Positions 56,134-64,000 of a stretch of 64,000 bases of DNA are shown here, in pieces. This stretch comes from a bacterium. GTDB lineage: Bacteria > Patescibacteriota > Minisyncoccia > Phycocordibacterales > Phycocordibacteraceae. The position numbers and the translations under genes were made by a program. The stretch is from NCBI GenBank assembly GCA_037200965.1, contig JBBCGK010000001.1:384001-448000 (forward strand). Reading direction: 5' to 3'. Positions within the stretch are counted from its first letter, which is position 1. Every line of letters begins with the position of its first letter. The notes below the pieces were generated by a model. It was not told where the DNA came from. It made no database searches and worked only from the letters and a program-made list of their open reading frames with translations.

Positions 56134-57435
56134 TTATTTGCGAAGCCCGCTACCAGTAAGAAAACGCCATGCCCCCGTGTTTGCTTCGGGCAGTATCGCA
56201 AGCAGGAAGATGCGCGAGACGGTGACGGCGGAGACGAGCGAAGCGATGACGCCGAGCGCGAAAACGAGCGCGAAGCCCTGGATGAGGCTCGTTCCGAGCC
56301 AGAAGAGAATCACCGCGGAAATAAGCATCGTAAGGTGGCCGTCCCTGATCGCGGGCCACGCGCGGCTGAAGCCGATGTGCGCGGCTTCGCGGGGCCCCTT
56401 CCCTTCGCGAAGCTCTTCCTTGATGCGCTCGAAGATGAGCACGTTCGCGTCGACCGCCATACCGACCGATATGATAAGCCCCGCGATGCCGGAGGCGGTA
56501 AACGTGACCGGAATGAATTTCATCACGGAAAGGACGAGCGCGAGATAGCCGACGAGGGCAACGTCCGCGACCAGGCCCGGAAGACGGTACCAAAGAAGCA
56601 TGAAAACCGCGACCAGGAGGAATCCGACGATGCCGGCAAGCACTCCGGCGGTAATGGCGTTCGCGCCAAGAGTCGGCCCCGCGGTGTTCGAACCGATAAG
56701 TTCGATCGGGACCGGAAGCGCGCCGAAGTTAAGGTTCTGCACCAGGCTCTTCGCTTCGGTCGCGTTGAACTTACCGGTAATGGTTGCGGTGCCGCCCGGA
56801 ATCGCCTCCTGAATGACGGGCGTCGAAATCGGCGAGCCGTCGAGGAAGATGCCGAGTATGTCGCCGACGTGCTCGCTCGTGATTTTCTCGAAAAGCTTCG
56901 CGCCTTCGTCGTTGAACTTGAGAAGGACAATAGGGCTTCCAAGCACGTTGCTTGCGCCGCCGTTCCCGAATTCAAGCGACGCATTCGCAAGATACTGGCC
57001 GGTGAGTCCGGTCGAGACGAACTCGGTCGTCGTGCCGACCGTCTTCTGGAGCCGGAATTCGAGCACCGGCGTCTTGCCGATCGCGTCGACCGCGGCCTTC
57101 ACGTTCGTGACGCCCGGGAGATCGACGATAAGGCGGTCTTCCGCCTGGCCGTTGAGGGTGCTCGCCCGCTCGGTCTGGACGAGGGGTTCCGCGACGCCGA
57201 AGAGGTTCACGCGGCGCTCGATAACCTGATGAAGCGACGCGAGGGCGCCCGGGCGGCTTGCCTCAGCGATCGAGGCAGTATCCGCCTTATAGGTGAGTTC
57301 GGTACCTCCCGCAAGGTCGAGGCCGAGCTTGAAGCGCCACGGGGACTCGGGATTGGCCTGGGTCGACCAGACGAACCATATAAGCGCGGCTCCTATGATA
57401 AGGAGCCCGATGGCGGCAAGCCGATGATGCTTCAT
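56134..57435 (-). CDS. secD: protein translocase subunit SecD
   Basis: 433 aa: LGLDLAGGTELTYKAD..., a periplasmic domain and a C-terminal 6-TM domain. TTGCAT-N16-TATACT lies 9 nt upstream of the ATG. Confidence 0.85.
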   Translation of the reverse strand: MKHHRLAAIGLLIIGAALIWFVWSTQANPESPWRFKLGLDLAGGTELTYKADTASIAEASRPGALASLHQVIERRVNLFGVAEPLVQTERASTLNGQAEDRLIVDLPGVTNVKAAVDAIGKTPVLEFRLQKTVGTTTEFVSTGLTGQYLANASLEFGNGGASNVLGSPIVLLKFNDEGAKLFEKITSEHVGDILGIFLDGSPISTPVIQEAIPGGTATITGKFNATEAKSLVQNLNFGALPVPIELIGSNTAGPTLGANAITAGVLAGIVGFLLVAVFMLLWYRLPGLVADVALVGYLALVLSVMKFIPVTFTASGIAGLIISVGMAVDANVLIFERIKEELREGKGPREAAHIGFSRAWPAIRDGHLTMLISAVILFWLGTSLIQGFALVFALGVIASLVSAVTVSRIFLLAILPEANTGAWRFLTGSGLRK

Positions 57436-57495
57436 GATGGGCCTAGTATAAGGAATTAGGGGCCGGATGCAACCGCATCCGAACCAGGTGGAATC

Positions 57496-57765
57496 TTATT
57501 CAAAAAGATCGGCATGGGTGCCGGTGCGGTGGAGGATAATACTGGATTCCGTGACGGCATAGACGAGGAGCCAGTCGGGTTCGATATGGCATTCGTCGGT
57601 TCCTTTCCACTCCCCTTGAAGGGGGTGAGGCTTGTAGTCCGGGGGAAGGCTGCCTTGAGCCGCAAGCAAGCGCGTGACGGCCACCATCTTCTCTCGATCT
57701 TTCCCCCGTTTTAACTGACGCCGGATATCTTTCTTGAACCGGCTTGTTTGAAGAAGAATCCTCAT
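57496..57765 (-). CDS. yafQ: type II toxin YafQ (RelE/ParE superfamily)
   Basis: KRGKDREKMVAV...DYKPHPLQGEWKGTDECHIEPDWLLVY...LHRTGTHADLFE is a near-textbook YafQ signature. The start is at the second ATG (MRILLQ), in an ATGA overlap with dinJ. Confidence 0.75.
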   Translation of the reverse strand: MRILLQTSRFKKDIRRQLKRGKDREKMVAVTRLLAAQGSLPPDYKPHPLQGEWKGTDECHIEPDWLLVYAVTESSIILHRTGTHADLFE

Positions 57766-58031
57766 GCGCGCATAGCGCGCAACTCCTTCTCCCATGCATC
57801 GAACGATTTCGGCTTCAGCAGCCCGCGGCCCTTACGGGCATCGCGGATGACTTTTGCGGTTTCGGCGTTGGGGATATTGGTACTGAACGGGAGTCCTTGG
57901 TTGAGGGTTACTTGCGTATAGAAGAGCGTAACGGCATCCGTCGGGGAGAGGCCGATTCTCGAAAGCACCGCCTCTCCCCTGCGCTTGAGCGAGGGTTCCA
58001 TGCGGGCTCGTACCGTTGCGGTTTTTGCCAT
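57762..58031 (-). CDS. dinJ: type II antitoxin DinJ (RelB/DinJ family)
   Basis: MAKTATVRARMEPSLKRRGEAVLSRIGLSPTDAVTLFYTQV... The start is chosen at ATG 58031, 6 nt after TACACT. Confidence 0.7.
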   Translation of the reverse strand: MAKTATVRARMEPSLKRRGEAVLSRIGLSPTDAVTLFYTQVTLNQGLPFSTNIPNAETAKVIRDARKGRGLLKPKSFDAWEKELRAMRA

Positions 58032-58069
58032 ATGCGCAGTGTAGCCCATTTGGGCTACACTTGCAAATC

Positions 58070-58882
58070 CTAAGAGTATTCGGCGAGCTCGATAACGTTC
58101 TCAAACAGTTTCGCAACGGCGACCGGACCCACTCCTCCCGGGACGGGCGTAAAAAGAGAACATTTTTCGGCACCCGCCGGATCGGCATCTCCCCTTATAA
58201 CGCCGCCGGACTCGGAGGTGCCCGCATCGATAAGGATGACTCCCTCCTTGATTATCTCAGGCTTCACAAGCCCCGCGGAACCCGCGCCCGCGACGATAAT
58301 GTCCGCGCCGGAAAGCATGCGCGCGAGCTCTTCCGGAGCCGTTTCGATGGTCGCTATGGAAACGTCCGCACCTTGGCGGTTAAGCCATGTCGCAACCGGA
58401 GCGCCGACCAGCCAGCCATTCCCTATGACTACAGCCTTCTTCCCCGCTATCGATACGCCCCTCACTATTTCCGCGACCGCGCCGACGACCGGCGGCAGGA
58501 GCGCGCCGTCTTCTCCTCTTTCAAACCGCGCCCGGGCCGCGGACGAAAGCACGTCAGCGTCTTTTTCCACAGGAATCGCGTCGAGTACCGCCTGCGTATC
58601 GACCGTGGCCGGAAGCGGAAGCTGTACGATGAGCGCGTCTTCCGTAGCGGCCGTGACCGCGGCGATGAGCTCGGTTGTGGTCGCGGTCTCCGGGAGCGTC
58701 TGCACGATCATCCCGATACCGGCCTCCGCGGCGCGCTTTTCTTTGATCTTAAGATACGACGCCGTCGCGGCATTGCCCCCGCAGGCAACCACGCGAAGCG
58801 TCGGCATGCGTCCGAGCTGTTCGGAACGCGCTCTGGCGCGCGAGAGTATATCCGCTGCGAGTCTCTTTCCGTCGAGAATCAT
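58070..58882 (-). CDS. folD: bifunctional methylene-THF dehydrogenase / methenyl-THF cyclohydrolase FolD
   Basis: 270 aa from MILDGKRLAADI...; GKKAVVIGNGWLVGAPVA. The track ORF extends to 59275, but that upstream part lies in a different frame from the SDR gene. Confidence 0.8.
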   Translation of the reverse strand: MILDGKRLAADILSRARARSEQLGRMPTLRVVACGGNAATASYLKIKEKRAAEAGIGMIVQTLPETATTTELIAAVTAATEDALIVQLPLPATVDTQAVLDAIPVEKDADVLSSAARARFERGEDGALLPPVVGAVAEIVRGVSIAGKKAVVIGNGWLVGAPVATWLNRQGADVSIATIETAPEELARMLSGADIIVAGAGSAGLVKPEIIKEGVILIDAGTSESGGVIRGDADPAGAEKCSLFTPVPGGVGPVAVAKLFENVIELAEYS

Positions 58883-59943
58883 TTGTGGCGGCGCGCGCTT
58901 TCGGGCACGAACGACTCGTACGCGCCGTTGGTGTAATAGAAGGCGTCGAAGCTCGGGTAAGCATATGCATATCCGAGTTCCCTCGTAACTTTCGAGCCGT
59001 CGACCGCGATGGGATACGAATAGCTTTTCCAGGCCCCCTTGCCGGTCGGAATCTTCCCGCGCGAAAGATGCCAAAATACGAAAAACGGGAAGCGCACCAT
59101 CCACGGATATACGGGAAGCAGCCGCTTCCCCACCGCCTTCGCCATATCGGGCCCGAGAACAACCGGACCCGGAGGGCAGATATTGAAGACCTCGTATCCC
59201 TTGACCGGTTCGCCAAACGCGAGACGCTCGACGATACCGACGACGTCGTCCTCGTGTATGAACTGCCGGAGCCACTTAGGCGTGACCGGAACAAAGGAAA
59301 CCATGCCGGAGACGAGACGATAGGCGAAGGAATCCTTGAGCTGCCCCGAAAGCGCGGCCTGAAGCCCGAACCGGATACGCATGAACCGCCCGCGGGGGCC
59401 CGTGATGGCCGCGGGGCGCACGACGGCGACGTTCACCCGCTTATCGCTTTTCGCATATTTCTCTTCGAGATGCTCCTCGGCAATCCTCTTCTCTTCCGCA
59501 TATAGATAGTCCATTTTTCGGAACGGCTCGTCTTCCGCATACCGGTGTCCGGTCGAGTTGTCGGGATACGCGCCATAGGAAGCGACGGTGGAGAAATGGA
59601 TCAGGCGCTCGACCGAAGGTTCGCCGAGCGCGAAATCGAATACCGCGTCGGATCCGTCGATATTCCACTTCCACGTAAGCGCATGATCGCCGTACACCTC
59701 CCGTATCTGCCACGCGGTGTGGATCACGATATCCGGCCTTTCCGCCCGCGCCCGCTCCTGCCAGGTCCCGTCGGAAGTATTGGCCTCTATATAGAGAAGC
59801 TTCGGTTCCTTGGCGAGCAGTTCCGGAAGCGGTTCTTTATCGACGCCGATGATGCGTCCGATGTCCTCGCGCTTCGCGAAGCGTTCGACGAGCATGGCGC
59901 CTACATACCCTGCCGCCCCGGTGATGAGTATCGTGCGCTTCAT
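58879..59943 (-). CDS. NAD-dependent epimerase/dehydratase-family (SDR) protein
   Basis: 354 aa: ILITGAAGYVGAML... ATGA overlap with folD. Confidence 0.65.
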   Translation of the reverse strand: MKRTILITGAAGYVGAMLVERFAKREDIGRIIGVDKEPLPELLAKEPKLLYIEANTSDGTWQERARAERPDIVIHTAWQIREVYGDHALTWKWNIDGSDAVFDFALGEPSVERLIHFSTVASYGAYPDNSTGHRYAEDEPFRKMDYLYAEEKRIAEEHLEEKYAKSDKRVNVAVVRPAAITGPRGRFMRIRFGLQAALSGQLKDSFAYRLVSGMVSFVPVTPKWLRQFIHEDDVVGIVERLAFGEPVKGYEVFNICPPGPVVLGPDMAKAVGKRLLPVYPWMVRFPFFVFWHLSRGKIPTGKGAWKSYSYPIAVDGSKVTRELGYAYAYPSFDAFYYTNGAYESFVPESARRHK

Positions 59944-59944
59944 A

Positions 59945-61315
59945 TCACCATGAGCTTACGCGAAACAGCATCCTTTTGATAGTCTTGAGCGCGATAACGA
60001 TGTCGAGCCCGAGCGAGCGGTATTTGAGGTAGTAGAAGTCGTAAGCGAGGCGGGTTTTGGTCTCTTCTATGGATTGCGGGCTGATGCTTCCCTGCTCGTA
60101 CTGCTGGTTGATCTGCGCCCAGCCCGTGATGCCGGGCTTCACGATATAGCGGGCGTCGTAGTACGGAATAGCTTCGGAGAGACGCTTGCCGAGCCCTTCG
60201 ATATCGCTTCGGGGGCCGATGAGCGAGATTTCGCCCCGAAGGACGTTGAGCCATTGCGGAAACTCGTCAAGCGACGTCACGCGAAGGAAGCTGCCGACGC
60301 GTGTGACCCGGTTCTCCCCTTCCGTCGTCCATTCGCCGGAACTTGCGAGATTCTTGGTCATGCTCCGGAACTTGCGCGCGGCGACCGGCCTTCCGCACTC
60401 CCCTATGCGGACCTGTTCGATGAATACGGGACCGGGACCTTCGAGTTTCTGCGCGAAATACACGAAGGGCGTAGCGAGCGCGGTTACGAGGCCCATCACG
60501 AGGCCCCCGATGATATCGATTGCGCGCTTGGCGGCCATATACGCAAGCGACGGATTCGCGGAAACGTGCTTGAGGAACCATTCGTGCTTCATAAGCGAGA
60601 GCGGGATGCGGTCGAAGACCTCTTCGTATACCTGCGTGAATTCGGCAAACTGGTAGGTGCGCCTGAAGCAGGACAGGTGATAGATGAGCGGCAGGAGGCC
60701 CTTGGCAACGGGGTGCTCGGTATCGACGACGAGCATCCCCACGTTCGCTTTCTCGAACTCCGCTTCAAGCGCTGCGGCATCAAGGTCCGCGAACTCCTCC
60801 GGGGTGCGGACAAGCGCGAATTCGAGATGATAGCGGGAATTCCCGTTGACTTCCCGCACAAGCTCGTCCGCTTCCGCGCCGCTTGCGATGAGCGCCGCGC
60901 GAAAACGAACGCGGCGGCTGGTCAGTTTCGGATAGAGCGCAAGGCGCCAGAGGAAGATAAGCCCGAGCGAGATGACGAGATACAGAACGAGATTGGTTTT
61001 CGGGGCGATGCCGACGCCGGGCACGAGAAAGAAGAAGAGTGCGGCGAGCACGATGTTGAATACCTGCGTCTTGAGGAGCGCATCAGCCAGCCGGCTCTTG
61101 AAGAGGATTACCCGCTTGCCATAGAGGCCCGAGAGATAGAAAACGAGGATCCATAGCGCGAACAGGAGCGCGAATACCGGGAAGTGAGCGCCGAACGTCT
61201 CGCGGCTCGGGAGTTCCCCGTAGCGAAGGAGAAGGGTAAGCCAAAGCGCCGCCACGAAGGCGGCAATATCGCCGAGAAACAGGAGCGCGGCTCCCCTTTT
61301 GCCACCGTGAGTCAT
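59945..61315 (-). CDS. polyprenyl-phosphate sugar phosphotransferase (WbaP/CpsE-like priming glycosyltransferase)
   Basis: 456 aa with N-terminal TM helices and a C-terminal bacterial sugar transferase domain (...SLIGPRSDIEGLG..., KPGITGWAQI). Confidence 0.8.
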   Translation of the reverse strand: MTHGGKRGAALLFLGDIAAFVAALWLTLLLRYGELPSRETFGAHFPVFALLFALWILVFYLSGLYGKRVILFKSRLADALLKTQVFNIVLAALFFFLVPGVGIAPKTNLVLYLVISLGLIFLWRLALYPKLTSRRVRFRAALIASGAEADELVREVNGNSRYHLEFALVRTPEEFADLDAAALEAEFEKANVGMLVVDTEHPVAKGLLPLIYHLSCFRRTYQFAEFTQVYEEVFDRIPLSLMKHEWFLKHVSANPSLAYMAAKRAIDIIGGLVMGLVTALATPFVYFAQKLEGPGPVFIEQVRIGECGRPVAARKFRSMTKNLASSGEWTTEGENRVTRVGSFLRVTSLDEFPQWLNVLRGEISLIGPRSDIEGLGKRLSEAIPYYDARYIVKPGITGWAQINQQYEQGSISPQSIEETKTRLAYDFYYLKYRSLGLDIVIALKTIKRMLFRVSSW

Positions 61316-61350
61316 CGGATACGGTTATACTATAGAACATCTACAGCCGC

Positions 61351-62481
61351 ATGGAAGTTACGCCCCCGCACAAGATTCTCTACGTCATCACCAAGGCAAA
61401 CTGGGGCGGCGCGCAGAAATACGTCTTCGACCTCGCGCTTGAGGCGAAAAAACGCGGGTACGATGCGGCGGTCGCGTACGGCGAGGAGGGGCTCCTGGCA
61501 AAAAAACTCGCGGAGGCGGGCGTGCGGACGATGCGCGTCGCGGCGCTTCGCCGCGACGTATTGGGGCTCGGGGAGTTCAAGGCGGCGGCGGAGCTGTGGC
61601 GTTTGTTTCGGGAGGAACGTCCGGACATCGTGCACCTTAACAGCTCGAAAGCGGGGTTTATAGGCACGCTCGCGGCGCGGATGGCCCGCGTGCCGCGCAT
61701 AGTCTTCACGGCGCACGGATGGGCCTTCAACGAACCGCGCCGGAAGTTCGAGAAGAACCTTTTCGGCATCCTCCACCACCTCACCATTCTCGGGACGCAC
61801 CGGACGATCTGCAATTCGGAAGCCACGTACCGGGACGTTGCGTGCATGCCGGGCGCCCGGGGAAGGCTTGTCGTGATATATAACGGGGTCGAACCGGTGG
61901 AACTGCACGGGCGGGCGGCGGCGCGCGCGAAGCTTGCCCCCGGTCTTAAGGCTACATTCTGGCTCGGTACGCTTGCGGAACTCCATCGCGTGAAGGGCCT
62001 TGATGTCGCGCTCAGGGCGTTCTCGAAGATCGCGGAGCGCTTCCCCGACATGGCGCTTGTGCTTATGGGAAGCGGCGAGGAACGCGCGCATCTCACCGCC
62101 CTTGCGCACTGGCTTGGCATCGAGAAGCGCGTCTTTTTTTGCGGACATGTGGAAAACGCGGCGGGCTATCTCCCGGCGTTCGATCTGTTTCTCCTTCCGT
62201 CGCGCTCCGAAAGCTTCGGGTACGTGGTGGCCGAAGCGGGGCTTGCGAGGGTGCCCGTGATCGCAAGCAGCGTGGGCGGCGTGCCGGAGCTTATCGAACA
62301 CAAGGTGACAGGGCTGTTGGTACCTCCGGACGATGCCGATGCGCTCGCGCAGGCGATAGCAGACCTGCGGGAAGATCCCGCGCTTGCCGCCGGACTTGCC
62401 GGGAAGTTCTTCGAGCGCGTGCACAGGGATTTCTCAAAACAGAAATCGCTTGACGAGACATTCGCGCTTTACGGCCTTTAG
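61351..62481 (+). CDS. GT4-family glycosyltransferase
   Basis: 376 aa; ...PSRSESFGYVVAEAGLARVPVIASSVGG. Confidence 0.75.
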   Translation: MEVTPPHKILYVITKANWGGAQKYVFDLALEAKKRGYDAAVAYGEEGLLAKKLAEAGVRTMRVAALRRDVLGLGEFKAAAELWRLFREERPDIVHLNSSKAGFIGTLAARMARVPRIVFTAHGWAFNEPRRKFEKNLFGILHHLTILGTHRTICNSEATYRDVACMPGARGRLVVIYNGVEPVELHGRAAARAKLAPGLKATFWLGTLAELHRVKGLDVALRAFSKIAERFPDMALVLMGSGEERAHLTALAHWLGIEKRVFFCGHVENAAGYLPAFDLFLLPSRSESFGYVVAEAGLARVPVIASSVGGVPELIEHKVTGLLVPPDDADALAQAIADLREDPALAAGLAGKFFERVHRDFSKQKSLDETFALYGL

Positions 62482-63614
62482 CCTATATATTCCTGGCCCG
62501 CGAGCGAACGCGAGACGCTCCTGCCGTGCCGGGCAAGCGATGAGACGATGCCAAGCGCCGCGAATTCCATAAGGAGATGCGACCCGCCGGAGCTCATGAA
62601 CGGTATCGTCGTGCCGGTAACCGGCAGGAGTCCCAGGTTGATCCCCGCGTGTATGAAAAGGTGCGCCATAAGGACGAGGGCGACGCCAAGCGTGAAGAAC
62701 GCGTCGAAATTGGTCGCCGCGCGCTTCGCGATATCGATGAGGCGGGCGAGCAGGAGGCCGTAGAGAAGCAGGAGAAGGAGAACGCCGACGAAGCCCCACT
62801 CTTCGGCGAACGCGGCGAACACGAAGTCCGTCTCGTATTCCGGAAGGAACCGGAGCTTCGACTGCGTGCCGTATCCGATTCCCTTCCCGAGCCACTCCCC
62901 GGAGCCCACGGCGACCGTCGCCTGATAGGCGTTATAGCCCGCGCCGCGGATGTCGGCCGCGGGATTGAGGAAGGCGACAATGCGCGTCCGCTGATAGTCG
63001 TGAAGGCCAAGGGACCAGAACCCCGCCGCGGCGACGATGCCCGCAAGCGCGACGAGCGCCAGATGCTTTTTCGAGATGCCGGAAACGAGCATCATGCCAA
63101 GCCATACGGCGGAAAGTATCACGGCGGTCCCGAGATCGGGCTGCACGAGGACCAGAAGAATCAGGGCGGCCGCATAGAGGCCGGAAATGATGACGTGCTT
63201 CAGCTGCGCGATGTCGACGTGCCGGCGAGAGAGGTATTTCGACAAAAGCATTACGAGCGCGAGCTTCGCGAAATCGGCGGGCTGGAACGAAAAGCCGCCA
63301 AGAAGAAACCAGCTTTTCGCCCCCATTACCTTATGCGCGACAAGGAGGAGGAGCGCGAGGAGCGCGACCGCAAGCGCGTACGCCGCGAACACGACCTCCT
63401 TGCGCCTCAGGAACCGCAAATCAAGCGAGGAAAGGGCGAAATACGCGAATACCGCGAGGACGAGCCACTCAAGCTGGCGCGGCGCGAGGCTTGCGCCCAC
63501 GCCGAACGTATTCATGGTAAGGACGCCAAGCAGCGTGAGCGTTATGGCCGGAAGGATGAGGAGCCAGTCGAACCGGCGGGGGAAGCCCTCGGCCTTCGAA
63601 AACAGTTCCCTCAT
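62478..63614 (-). CDS. SEDS-family peptidoglycan glycosyltransferase (RodA/FtsW)
   Basis: 378 aa, 10 TM helices, with FQPADFAKLALVM and TDFVFAAFAEEWGFVG motifs. Confidence 0.85.
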   Translation of the reverse strand: MRELFSKAEGFPRRFDWLLILPAITLTLLGVLTMNTFGVGASLAPRQLEWLVLAVFAYFALSSLDLRFLRRKEVVFAAYALAVALLALLLLVAHKVMGAKSWFLLGGFSFQPADFAKLALVMLLSKYLSRRHVDIAQLKHVIISGLYAAALILLVLVQPDLGTAVILSAVWLGMMLVSGISKKHLALVALAGIVAAAGFWSLGLHDYQRTRIVAFLNPAADIRGAGYNAYQATVAVGSGEWLGKGIGYGTQSKLRFLPEYETDFVFAAFAEEWGFVGVLLLLLLYGLLLARLIDIAKRAATNFDAFFTLGVALVLMAHLFIHAGINLGLLPVTGTTIPFMSSGGSHLLMEFAALGIVSSLARHGRSVSRSLAGQEYIG

Positions 63615-64000
63615 CGCGGGAGCATAATGACGGGCTTGACCTCAATGCGGGCTACCGGGGCCGGGAAGGCCGCGTTCCAGGTGAAGATCGCAGAAGCGCT
63701 ACCCTGCGGCTGGATCGCTTCGAGCACGGTCTGCGAGGCGCCGACCGCGTTTCCGGATGCGTCGAATACCGTCGCGACGACTTTCGTATTGTAAAGCGGC
63801 TCAACGTCGTCGTTTTGGAGAACGGCAGTGATGCGGGGCGCATCCGGCGTGCCGCCAAGCTCCGCGCTCCTTGCTTTCGGAAGTACGCGCGTCTCCCGAT
63901 AGCTTTCCCACAGGACGGAATCCTGATCGAACGTAAGAAACACCCGAACGACCTGCTGGTTGCCGGAAAAGAAATTCGGCACGTAGACCGGGACGACCGA
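63611..64000 (-). CDS. 3' end of an upstream gene of unknown function (partial; continues past the window end)
   Basis: The open frame runs to the window edge; the C-terminus ...IEVKPVIMLPR* has an ATGA overlap with the SEDS gene. Confidence 0.4.
   Translation of the reverse strand, partial: SVVPVYVPNFFSGNQQVVRVFLTFDQDSVLWESYRETRVLPKARSAELGGTPDAPRITAVLQNDDVEPLYNTKVVATVFDASGNAVGASQTVLEAIQPQGSASAIFTWNAAFPAPVARIEVKPVIMLPR

Noticed and set aside
55135-57459. 774-aa plus-strand ORF
   Set aside because: Antisense to secF/secD, which have unmistakable signatures. Its composition (R/D/E/G-rich) is typical of a shadow ORF.
62577-63794. 405-aa plus-strand ORF
   Set aside because: Antisense to the SEDS (RodA/FtsW) gene.

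Overview
This is a GC-rich bacterial chromosomal segment with short intergenic spacers, many 4-bp ATGA stop/start overlaps, and one sharply AT-rich island of about 2.3 kb at roughly 13.9-16.2 kb.

The window holds housekeeping genes: secA (partial), murB, murC, murD, rsmI, pyrH, secD/secF, folD and a rodA/ftsW-like SEDS gene. It also holds two large surface-glycan clusters (6.7-11.5 kb and 24.1-37.4 kb) plus a WbaP-like priming transferase near 60 kb, two IS elements (IS481-like and IS1595-like), and two type II toxin-antitoxin pairs.

A 16S rRNA gene on the minus strand is interrupted by two intervening sequences, each encoding a LAGLIDADG homing endonuclease. A tRNA-Ile(GAT) follows it, but no 23S is present.

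The most unusual locus is a ~2630-aa secreted RHS/teneurin-like protein (minus strand, 15547-23451). Its AT-rich 3' tip encodes a glycine-zipper C-terminal toxin domain, followed by a small 2-TM immunity-like gene and a displaced immunity-gene remnant marked by 27-bp direct repeats.

Host genes mostly lack Shine-Dalgarno sequences. They carry TATAGT/TATACT -10 hexamers 6-9 nt upstream of the ATG, and the 16S 3' tail appears to lack the canonical CCUCC. Together these suggest mainly leaderless initiation. The intron-bearing 16S and the GT-rich genome resemble Candidate Phyla Radiation/Patescibacteria genomes, but I cannot verify taxonomy without a database search. All calls are from reading translations and motifs by eye; no searches were run.
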